Assembly: GCF_030028105.1 (NCBI RefSeq)
Contig: NC_092382.1
Location: forward strand, 100,208,699-100,272,698
Direction of reading: 5' to 3'
From: Mobula birostris
Taxonomy: Eukaryota
Length of the DNA stretch: 64,000 nucleotides
Below, piece after piece: positions 1-10,044 of this stretch. Positions within the stretch are counted from its first letter, which is position 1. Every line of letters starts with the position of its first letter. The notes below the pieces were generated by a model. That model had not been told where the DNA came from. It saw nothing but the letters and a program-made list of their open reading frames with translations, and did not search any database. A program made the position numbers and the translations under genes.

Positions 1-3000
1 ATCCTCCCAAACTCCTCTCTCTATCTCTTAGAGTCGGATTTGTCCTCACTTCCTTGTACGCGAGCCCTCCGTCCTCTCACTCTCTTGCTCCCGTAATGTT
101 TAATTCCATTCTTGCTGACCCGCTCCCTGCTCGACCTCATATATATATGTATGTATGTAAATCTGTCCTACCACTCGTTGATTGCCTTTTACCCTTGTAA
201 ATTGATCTACTACCTCTCCTACTGTATATCCCTGTCAACATATGTGACCTACACCTTTTGTCTGTTTGTCTGTCTCTATGTTGGCCTGTGCGCCTGTTCG
301 TCCAACCGGTAATCGATCTACCTATCTGTCTGTCAGAATGGATCTGTCCAATTTCGTGTGAGATGTCCCTAATTACCCGTCTCAAATCAGACTGAATGAC
401 CACCGACGAAAACTCTCTTTCTCCCTTGTTTCTTCTTGCTGTTCCTCGTCCCCGCCGCTTCCTTGACATACACACCCTACCCGACTCTTCTCTGTTTCTC
501 TCTGCATCCGTCCATCTGTTTGTCTCTGAGACTCTGATCTCGGTAACTGACTGACATTCAGGAGTAGCGGTGGTGAGACTCAATACTGGGACCGACCACA
601 GCGCCCTGATCTCCGCGGATACCCCTGAGATCCGTCATTCATCAATTGACCTGCAGATAGCGCAGCGAAACCAGCTGTCCACTGGCCGGTCACAGCATCT
701 TCGTTATAATTTTTGTGCTGGGGGAGGAATGATCCGCTGGTGAAAAGGAACCGTGTGAGGAACAGGGACAAAAATGAAGGGGGGGTGGCGGAAGATGAGA
801 GAGTATGCGAGAACTACTATTCCTCTGTTCCGGTGTACTCCCTGCCATATGGTTGTAAATCTACATCCCTCCGAGCTATAAAAGTCCCCAGCATTCATAT
901 AATTTCTCCTACCCTTATAAACTGACGTAGATCTGCACCTCGATATACCCCCTCTCTCCAATACTAACATGCCTGCTCTTCTTGTTCACTGAGACCCCTG
1001 TCCCTGGACACTTTCCAACCTTCATGGCGCGCGTCCTAACTTTACATCCCGAGGACCCTCTGTCACTTGACTCTCCCCACCATTCCTGGTGAGTCCGTGG
1101 TCCTTCTACACCGTGGTCCCTCTGTCTCCGGACACTCCTCACCGTTCACGGTGTGTGTCTTACGCTTGTACCTCGAGGTCCCTCTGCTCCCTCAGCACGT
1201 CCCGTCATAATATGTGTCCTTTTCTCATACCCCCAAGTCCCACTGTCCATCGATGCACCCAACATGCAAGGCGTGCGCTCCACATTTGCCCGCCGAGAGG
1301 TGTCTTTTCATCAACCCTCCCCGCCATTTTCCTTGTGTCTCTACCCTCGTACACAGTGGGCTCGGGTACTCAGCGAGGAAATCTGCGTGTTTATCATTCT
1401 GCTCCGCCGCCTGTCTGTCTGCTCATCTCGGAAACTGACACAGACTCAGCGACACAGCCGTAGCTACAAACAAATACAGACAAACAACTATATAGAGATA
1501 AAGATAGAGGGCCAAGGGGCGGGGTGGGAGGGGATAGAGAAGCAGCAGGAGCGCGTGCCAGAGATAGACACGGGGGACACAAGAGACTATTTCTGGTTCA
1601 TTTCGGATCCTTCTGATACGTACCAACTGTCCTTCTCCGAGCAATAAGATGGTTGTACGCTGCTCTCTTGTGTCCCTCATGTCTATCTATGGCACGCGTT
1701 CCTGCTGCTTCTCTAACGGCTGACATTTGCACTCTCTATCCCCTCCCACCCCGCCCCTTGGCCCTCTATCTTTATCTCTATATTGTTGTTTGTCTGTATT
1801 TGTTTGTAGCTGCGGCTGTGTCGCTGAGTCTGTGTCGGTTTCTGAGATGAGCAGACAGACAGGCGGCGGAGCAGAATGATAAACACGCAGATTTCCTCGC
1901 TGAGTACCCGAGCCCACTGTGTACGAGGGTAGAGACACAAGGAAAATGCCGGGAAGGGTTGATGAAAAGACACCTCTCGGTGGGCAGATATGGAGCGCAC
2001 GCCTTGAATGTTGGGTGCATCGATGGACAGTGGGACTTGGGGGTATGAGAAAAGGACACATATTATGACGGGCCGTGCTGAGGGAGCAGAGGGACCTTGG
2101 TGTACAAGCGTAAGACACACACCGTGAACGGTGTGAAGTGTGGGGAGACAGAGGAACCACGGTGTAGAAGGACCACGGACACACCATGAATGGTGGGGAG
2201 AGTCAGGTGACAGGGGGTCGTCTGGTTGTAAAGTTAGGACTCGCGCTATGAAGGTTGGAAAGTGTCCAGACACAGTGGGGGGGGGGGGGGCGGAGGCTCA
2301 GTGAACAAGAAGAGCAGACATGTTAGTATTGGAGAGAGGGGGTATATCGAGGCGCAGATCTATGTCAGTTTATAATGGTAGGAGAAATTATATGAATGCT
2401 GGGGAATATTATCGCTCGGAGGGATGTCGATTTACAACTCTATGGCTACAGAGGAACAGTAGTTCTCGCATACGCTGTCTTCTTCCTCCACTCCCTCTTC
2501 ATATTTGTCCCTGTTCCTCACACCGTTCCTTTTCACCAGCAGATCATTCCTCCTCCAGCACACAAATTATAACGAAGATGCTGTGACCCGCCAGTCGACA
2601 GCTGATTTCGGTGCGCCATCTGCAGGTCAGTTGATGAATGACGGCTCTCAGGGGTATCCGCGGAGATCAGGGCGCTGTGGTCGACTCCAGTATTCAGTCC
2701 CACCTTCTTTCTTCGTGCGCACCGCTACTCTTCATGGTCGGTCAGATTCCGAGATGAGAGTCTCAGAGACGAACAGATGGAGGGATGCAGTGAGAAAAAG
2801 GTGAATATGCAGTCGGGGAGAGTGTGTATGTCAAGGAAGCGGCGGGCATGAGGAACAGCAAGAAGAAACAGGGCAGAAAGATAGTTTTTTCGGTCGCCAT
2901 TCAGTCCGATCTGAGACGGGTAATTAGGGACATGTCACACCAAAGTGGACAGATAGACAGTCAGTCAAACAGACCATCAGACGGAGAGTTGTTCTGACAG

Positions 3001-3243
3001 ACAGATAGTTGGATCGATTAAAGGATGGACGGAAAGGCAGACGGGCCAACATAGAGATAGACAAGCAGACAAAAGCGGTATGTCACATATATGGGGAGGG
3101 ATGTCCAGTAGGGGAGGGAGTACATCAATTTACAAGTGTAAAAGGCAATCAAGGAGTGGCAGGACTGATATATCAGAGAGCCCGCGTTCAAGGAAGTGAG
3201 GACAAACCCGATTGTAAGAGACAGAGAAAGGAGTTTGGAAGGA
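1..3243. repeat. Imperfect inverted repeat, arms ~1-1587 and ~1627-3243
   Basis: Reverse complement of 1-70 matches ~3175-3243; 1545-1587 matches ~1664-1705; the CTCF-module text appears inverted at 580-700. Confidence 0.88.
2613..2626 (-). promoter_or_regulatory. Candidate CTCF site upstream of A1-1
   Basis: Minus strand CCTGCAGATGGCGC matches the CTCF core; ~820 nt before the ATG. Confidence 0.6.
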
Positions 3244-3248
3244 TATCA

Positions 3249-3324
3249 GGGGCGGGGAATCGGCGGTGGAATTAACACACATCACCACTCCGATTGGATC
3301 AGAGAGGAAGGAGGCGTGGCCAAT
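3249..3324 (+). promoter_or_regulatory. TATA-less GC-box / ATTGG / GGCGTGGCCAAT promoter of family A V (repeated before the intact A genes and at ~52800-52880)
   Basis: GGGGCGGGG 3249-3257, ATTGG 3293-3297, CCAAT 3320-3324, ~125-200 nt upstream of the ATG; motifs retained in the diverged 53 kb paralogue. Confidence 0.65.
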
Positions 3325-3447
3325 CCAAAATGCGCATGAAACATTATTTCACAGAGACTCGTAAGTTCAGAGTGAAATTGAAGTCAGTAGCGTCATTGCT
3401 GCTGGACACATCTCTTCCATCACTGAGAAAAGAACCGCCCAAAAAAC

Positions 3448-4124
3448 ATGCTTCTGTTGCTGCAACTGATCCTCTCCTTCCACTGTGAGTGAAATGTGCC
3501 AAATATTTATCTATTATTCTCGCTTTCTTTTCTCATTTGCCTCACGATCTAACCCATCGAAATGGATTGTTCTTCGTTCCATTCCAACTGTGTCCACAAT
3601 TCAATTTCCCCCAGCCTTGAATCTACCTTATTCCTTCGCTCTCAATTGCCCGGTATCCATGTTTATTCACCCCGTTCCGCTCTTTTATCAGATGACGTCT
3701 CGGTGACGTCCTTCCATCGATCTCTTCTTATCCTTCCATTCAGCTTCGTCCCCACCCCAACGTCGCAATTACTACATGAACCGCGTTTATTCACACTCTT
3801 CCCCTTTCCGTCTCTTTTCCAGATGCCAACGCGGTGACGATCCATCAGATCCCGGCATTTTCCGGACGTCCCGGAGAGGCCGTGGTGCTGGAATGCACGA
3901 TAGAGGGTAGCAGCAGCGGCAGTGATGATACTCTCCTCTGGTACAGACAATACCGGGGAAACGGACCGCAGGCCCTTTTCACCTCCAGCATGGCCAAATA
4001 CGTGCAACCGCCGGACGGAGTGGACGGCTTCACTGCAGAGAGACCGAAGAGCAACAAGTTCTATCTGAAGTCCTCTGGCCTCCAGGCGAATTCGTCGGCC
4101 GTGTATTTCTGCGCCTGGAAATAT
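3448..4124 (+). CDS. TRBV: TCR-beta-like V gene segment, family A1 copy 1 (leader exon 3448-3484, V exon 3823-4124)
   Basis: Leader ATG..MLLLLQLILSFH+T|GTGAGT; acceptor TTTTCCAG; spliced frame gives YANA-VTIHQIPAFSGRPGEAVVLEC..WYRQ..YFCAWKY with both Cys and the Trp; abuts a 23-RSS. TRB assignment from TRBV30-like motifs and the 23 spacer (inference). Confidence 0.9.
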
Positions 4125-4163
4125 CACGGCGCCTCAGAGAGACGGAGACGCCGAACAAAAACC
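4125..4163 (+). other. 23-RSS of A1-1
   Basis: CACGGCG + 23 nt + ACAAAAACC. Confidence 0.93.
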
Positions 4164-4499
4164 TCACAGTGTGAGTGGGTTTGGCTGTCGTCAGCTGCGG
4201 AGGGTATACGTCACAGGTCGACACCTGACTACTGACGTCACCGCGCTTGGCGCCACGTAGCCAATGGGAAAATAATATTGAGACAAAGCGTCGAGGTAAT
4301 GTCCGGAGTCGGAATGGGGCACCGAGTGCCACGAAATTGCAGCTGTTAATTCCATCCTCTCGCCGTAGATTTACATTTCCCTGTCACTTCAGAGTCACAG
4401 ACAGCCGAATAAACCACTATAACAAGAGACAAGATATTCACACTTTGTCCTCCCCCAATCCTTAAACAGCGTCCCATTCAGTGTCACACAGAGATGGAA

Positions 4500-5435
4500 T
4501 TAGCAACAGAAGCCTATCGAACATAGGAACTTGCCCAGTCCGACTTGCGGGCCGAGAGGAGAATTTGTACCTGAGCCTGTTTACTGGAGAGATCACCGAT
4601 ATCTCTGAGCCCTCGAGTCGGCAGTCTGCGAAACCCATTTGCTCCGAATAGGTTTTAATTTTACGGGCACCCGAGAAGAACTGATAACCTGCCTCGATGA
4701 CTGTCGTCCAGCAGGTCGCACGTCCATCGGGATGAAGCGCTTTGAGGGGTTGGTGATGAAATACATGAACGATTTATCTCCACTCCAGCTTGTCTGCCCT
4801 TGGACCAGGTCTACAGCTGACGTCATTTTATTGGCTCCTCCCTCAACTCTGGAACATCTGGACAGGGCAGATTCTCACGTCAAGATGCGCTTCTCTCGCT
4901 AGAGCTCTCTATTCAATACCATCATCCCCTCAAAAATAAGCAACAAGCCTCATTCCCTTAGCCTCAAGAGCTGATTGCGCAATTGAATGATTGAATTACT
5001 CACTCGTAGACACCAGTCAGTTCCGATTCGCCACGTTTACTCCAGAATCACCATCAGCAGAGCCGCAGCAACACGCAGTTTGTCTGGAAGCCTGTCTTCC
5101 CTCTTTGCTTTTTATATAATGACAGTGAAACTCCAGTGCAATTCCAATGCCGTATTTAAATCGGCTGATGACACCGCTGACGTTGGCCGTATCGCAGGTT
5201 GGCCCGAATCAGCGTACAGGACGGCGATTGGACACCGTCTGAATGGTCCCAGCACAACAACATCTCACCCAATGTAATCATAATCAGAGAGGTGATTATT
5301 GACTACAGGGCTGTGGAAAGTAGAGTTCCATGAGCTAGAGATCATCAGGAGATCAGTGGTGGAGAGGACCTGCAGATAGTAAATCGCTCAGTATTATCAT
5401 CTGAGCAGATCTGTCCTGCGTCCAGATATACAGTT
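4500..5435 (+). mobile_element. Degraded Rex1/Babar-type LINE RT fragment (copies ~16218-17153, ~27945-28880, ~54100-54995)
   Basis: Decayed RT motifs: LITCLDDCRPA..MKRFEGLVM..STAD..LEHLD..SADDTADVGRI, recalled consensus VTCLNDYRPVALT..MKCFERLV..FADDTTVVG. Confidence 0.75.
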
Positions 5436-5989
5436 CTCTGAATTGTACCAATGAAGCTTTATTGTTCTGTCTGTTACTGACCAGTCCCTCATATTTCACT
5501 TCTGTTTCTTTCTCGATGGTTTACCAGACTGCATGGACCCAGGCTGTTGCAGACGAAGCATTTGTTACACTGGACAGCTCTGCGAAGGATTACCTGACCC
5601 ACTTGATCTGATTCAGCAAAGTCAATTGCCCTTCCTGTTCCATCCTCCAAGACTCTTCTACGAGAGAATCCGGTTTCTGCTTGGCAAAGGCAGTGATGGT
5701 CTGTCTGACAGCAAGTAATTGAAGCTTTTACATTCTCTAGAGTATCTATTTATCAATATTTCTGACGTATTAATGATATGTATAAGTACAAAGTTATCAC
5801 TGTTTAATATAATTACAGGAATCATCCGACTTTTCTGCAGTTAAGTCAATCCCACAATTTTCTTTCCATTAGGCTCCCCCTGTATCCTCTATTCTACTAG
5901 TCTTCTTGTTTTCCTCTGTAAAACATTAGCTTACAGAGTTATTTCCATAAATCATTTTATTTGTTCTAACCTGCCATTAGAAAAAATAC

Positions 5990-6590
5990 TCTGTTGGCCT
6001 TTCAGCTGCTGATCACCTCTCCCATGGTTGCCTCCTCGTCCTCTTTGTCTTATGGTCGGCTCTCCTCTCCTATCTTCCTCTCCAGCCCCATATCCTCTTA
6101 TCCACCCGGCTTCACCCATCACCCTCTTGCTATCCTCCTTCTACTTCCCCCCTCCCCCATCTTTTTATTCTGGCATCATCCAACTTCCCCTCCAGACCTG
6201 AAGAAGTGTTCGGCCCGGATGGTCGACAGTACGTGCCAGGATGCGGGCAGCCTCAGGCTGGAGGAGCAATAACTTTTATTTCGGCCGTGTAGCCTGCAAC
6301 CAGAACGCATGAATATCGATTACTCCTTCCACCCAACCTGCTCTGACCTCCACTCTGACCTTTCACCTCTTCTCACCTTCCTTTCACTGCTCTCGAAATG
6401 CCTTCCTCCTACCCTGTCCACTATGGTCCACTCTGCTCTCCTATCAAATGCAATCACGCCAGACCTTCGTCTTTCATATACACCTGGCTTAACCCTCTGC
6501 CCAACTTTTATCCCGGTCCGAAATATGGACTGTTCATTCATTTCCGCAGAAGATGTCTGACCTCCAGCGTTTTATGTGTGTTGTCTAAAA
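5990..6590 (+). mobile_element. Penelope-like 3'/pLTR remnants (also ~10350-10660, ~45720-45820, ~48800-48950, ~49320-49410 and unit copies)
   Basis: Resembles the pyrimidine-rich chondrichthyan PLE end ..GGCCCGAAA..GACTGTTTATTCATTTCC..AGATGCTGCC..CTCCAGC..TGTGTGTTG (recognised from memory). Confidence 0.45.
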
Positions 6591-6699
6591 ATAGATATCT
6601 GCGCACACGGGCAGATGGGTAGAAAGTCAGACGGACTGGACTGACTGACAGAGGGAGTGGTCGCTGAGTCGGACAAGGCGAAGCCATCTAGTAAACCGC

Positions 6700-6840
6700 A
6701 GGTCTTTGGCATTTGGGAGGAAACCGGAGCACCGCAGGGAAAGCTGCACCGTGACGGGAAAATCCCACAAACTCAGCACGAACAGCGTAGGAAATAGAAC
6801 CCGCGTCGCTGGTGCTGTCAGCGTTAGGCTACGTTGGCGC
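6700..6840 (+). mobile_element. HE1/V-SINE-like fragment (copies ~18418, ~30145, ~45940, ~57585)
   Basis: GGGAGGAAACCGGAGCACC..AAACT..ACAGC..GAACCCGCGTCGCTGGTGCTGT..GCTAC pattern. Confidence 0.65.
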
Positions 6841-7479
6841 CCTAATTTCTCCTCTCTTCCTTCTTTCTGTCCCCTGCACTGCAAGTCTACCCCCATGTAT
6901 CTCATTCCTCTCCCTATCTGCACTCACTCCTCCTGACTTGCTCTCCTCCCTCTATCTCTCTTCACACTCTTCCCCGAAGTCTTATTCATTCTCCCTCCAG
7001 TTCTTCTCTCAGCTCTCTCACATCTCTACACGTCTACGCCTCTTCATCATTCCCCCTTTCCTCAATACCTTCTGTCTCTCACTGTTCTGTCCATTGCGAC
7101 TCTCTGATTCTTATTCCCCAAATCGTCTACGCTCAGTCTCGGTTTCCCTCCTTTTTCTCGCCCTCTCTGCCGAATCTTTTAATGTCGTCCCGAAAAATGG
7201 ACTCTTCATTCATTTCTATAGCTGCTGACTGGCCTGCTGATTTCTCCAGGAGTGTGTGGAAAGAGAGGGGGTGGAGAGAGGGAAACAGGGAGGAAGAGAT
7301 AGAGATTGGTGAGAGAGAGAGGGCGAGAGAGGGGGGAGAGAGAGTGAGATGGAGAGAGAGAGAAAGAGAAGGGAGAGAAGGAAACGGGGGAGGGGGGAGA
7401 TAGAGAGAATGCCATGTTATAAGGAAGGAAAGGGGAGGAGGAAGGCGAGGAAAGCCTGTCGGGGTTGGGGGGGGGGCAT

Positions 7480-7495
7480 AGAGAGAGAGAGAGAA

Positions 7496-7545
<50 letters not shown>
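7480..7545. repeat. (GA)n microsatellite (unit copies ~19198 and ~30926, the latter longer)
   Basis: Seen directly. Confidence 0.95.
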
Positions 7546-7546
<1 letters not shown>

Positions 7547-7936
7547 CGGAGAGGCAGATGGAGAATGGAGAGCGTGAGAGGTAGAACGGGGGTTCGAAGG
7601 CACAGCAGTTTCTCACGATGTTACTGGGGTGCTCCGATAACGAGTCTTATTACATGCATGAGAATACATCACGGAGAGGAGATAGAAGTACAGAAATCTA
7701 CCAGGATAGAGGAGCGACTGCAACGAGCTTGGGGGAGGGGGGTGGTGGGGGAGGTGCGGGGATTCGGCGGTGCGATTGATACAGGTCTGCTTTCCGATTG
7801 GGCAGAGTGGATGTGGGCGTGGCCTATCCTAACTGCCTATCTCACAGAGATACGTAAGGAGCGAAATGAAAGGCAAAAAATTCACCGCTGCAATTCTCAC
7901 CTCTGCCATTACTGAGAGAAGAAACGCCCCACCAAC

Positions 7937-7973
7937 ATGTTGCTGTTCCTGCAACTGATCCTCTCCATTCAGC
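7937..7973 (+). pseudogene. Orphan V leader exon (V exon deleted), copy 1
   Basis: ATG..MLLFLQLILSIQ+C|GTGAGT with promoter; intron homology to the 47 kb gene stops at ~8260, before the acceptor. Confidence 0.8.
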
Positions 7974-8377
7974 GTGAGTGAAACTTGCAAATATTTATTT
8001 TAGTTTTCTCTCTTTCGTCGCCCATTTCCCTGAGTGATCTAACCCGTGTATACTAACTAGTGTCATTCTTACTCCAACTTAGACCGCAATTCCTATTCAA
8101 CACTATTCATTCTCCTTCTTTATCTCTCTCCGTTAGAAGTCCCCACTCTTCAATCGCTCTCATTGTCTCATTCTCCTCCACTGCCCCAGGTCCAAGTTGA
8201 TTCACCCCACCGCGCTTTTCCGATGCCTTCTGTTCACCTTCCTTCCCCACTTCCCCAAACGGCCTGTCGTCGTTTGAAGGGGAAACGCGTCGCCCGGCGA
8301 CAGCCGATCATTCCACCCTCAGCACACAAATCGGAAACGACGATGCCGTGACCCGCCAGTCGACAGCTGGTTTCGCT

Positions 8378-8391
8378 GCGCCATCTGCAGG
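8378..8391 (-). promoter_or_regulatory. Candidate CTCF site upstream of A2-1
   Basis: Minus strand CCTGCAGATGGCGC. Confidence 0.6.
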
Positions 8392-9213
8392 TCAACTGTG
8401 GAATGACGGATCTCAGGGGTATCCGCGGAGATCAGGGCGCTGTGGTCGGCCCCAGTATTCAGTCCCATCTCCTTTCTTCATGCGCACCGCTACTCTTCAT
8501 GGTCAGTCAGTTACCGAGATCAGAGTCTCAGAGACAAACAGATGGACGGATGCAGAGAGAAAGAGGTGAATAAACAGTTGGGGAGAGTGTGTATGTCAAG
8601 GAAGCGGCGGGCATGAGGAACAGCAAGAAGGAACAGGGCAGGAAGCGAGTTTTCTTCGGTCGCCATTCAGTCTGATTTGAGACGGGTAATTAGGGACATC
8701 TCAGACGACATTGGGCAGATAGACAGTCAGTCAAACAGACAATTAGACGGACAGTTATTCTGCAAGACAGATAGTTGGATCGATTAAAGGATGGACGGAA
8801 AGGCAGACGGGCCAACATAGAGATAGACAAGCAGACAAAAGCGGTATGTCACATATATGGGGAGGAATGTCCAGTAGGGGAGGGAGTACATCAATTTACA
8901 AGTGTAAAAAGCAATCAAGGAGTGGCAGGACTGATATCTCAGAGAGCCCGCGTTCAAGAAAATGAGGACAAACCCGATTGTAAGAGACAGAGAGAGGAGT
9001 TTGGAAGGATATCAGGGGCGGGGAATCGGCGGTGGAATTAACACACATCACCACTCCGATTGGATCAGAGAGGAAGGAGGCGTGGCCAATCCAAAATGCG
9101 CATGAAGCATTATTTCACAGAGACTCGTAAGTTCAGAGTGAAATTGAAGTCAGTAGCGTCATTGCTGCTGGACACATCTCTTCCATCACTGAGAAAAGAA
9201 CCGCCCAAAAAAC

Positions 9214-9888
9214 ATGTTTCTGTTGCTGCAACTGATCCTCTCCTTCCACTGTGAGTGAAATGTGCCAAATATTTATCTATTATTCTCGCTTTCTTTTCTC
9301 ATTTGCCTCGCGATCTAACCCATCGAAATGGATTGTTCTTCGCTCCATTCCAACTGTGTCCACAATTCAATTTCCCCCAGCCTTGAATCTACTTTTTCGC
9401 TTCATTCTCAGTTGCCCCCGGTATCCATGTTTATTCACCCGTTCTGCTCTTTTATCAGATGACGTCTCGGTGACGCCCTTCCATCTATCTCTTCTTATCC
9501 TTCCATTCAACTTCGTCCCCACCTCAACGTCGCAATTACTCCATGAACCGCGTTTATTCACACTCTTCCCCTTCCCGTCTCTTTTCCAGATGCCAACGCC
9601 GTGACGATCCACCAGACCGCGGCATTTTCCGCCCGTCCCGGCGAGGCCCTGGTGCTGGAATGCACGATAGAGGGTAGCAGCAGCGGCGGTGATTATCTCC
9701 TCTGGTACAGACAATACTGGGGAAACGGACCCCAGGCCATTTTCTCCTCCAGCATAGCCGACTCCGTGCAGTCCGTGGCCCCAGTGGTCGGCTTCACGGC
9801 GGAGAGACCGAGTAGCAGCAAGTTCTATTTGAAGTCCTCCAGCCTCCAGGCAAATTCGTCGGCCGTGTACTTCTGCGCCTGGAGATAT
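9214..9888 (+). CDS. TRBV: TCR-beta-like V gene segment, family A2 copy 1 (leader 9214-9250, V exon 9590-9888)
   Basis: Leader MFLLLQLILSFH, GT/AG splice sites, open V exon VTIHQTAAFSARPGEALVLEC..WYRQ..YFCAWRY. Confidence 0.9.
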
Positions 9889-9927
9889 CACGGCGACTCA
9901 GAGAGACGGAGACGCCGAACAAAAACC
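9889..9927 (+). other. 23-RSS of A2-1
   Basis: CACGGCG + 23 nt + ACAAAAACC. Confidence 0.93.
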
Positions 9928-10044
9928 TTACAGTGTTTGTGGGGTTGGCTGTCGTCAGTAGCGGAGGGTATGCGTCGCCTGTTGACACCTGGCAACTGAC
10001 GTCTTCGCGCTTGGCTGCTTGTTCTACTTGCTTTGTGTACTAAA

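Noticed and set aside
1352-1921. Solo CACAGTG/CACTGTG heptamers in the upstream module (1352-1358, 1915-1921 and others)
   Set aside because: No nonamer at 12 or 23 nt.
3663-4127. 150-175 aa ORFs antisense to V exons (e.g. 3663-4127, 9367-9891, 11331-11780)
   Set aside because: Antisense shadows of GC-rich V exons; no independent support.
6195-6230. Possible hammerhead ribozyme in Penelope-like ends
   Set aside because: The catalytic core CTGATGA..GAAA is degenerate in every copy seen (e.g. CTGAAGA..GGAT).
6812-7915. Long Ser/Leu- or Arg/Glu-rich ORFs (also ~19067, ~30578, ~49789)
   Set aside because: Translations of (CT)n/(GA)n low-complexity DNA.
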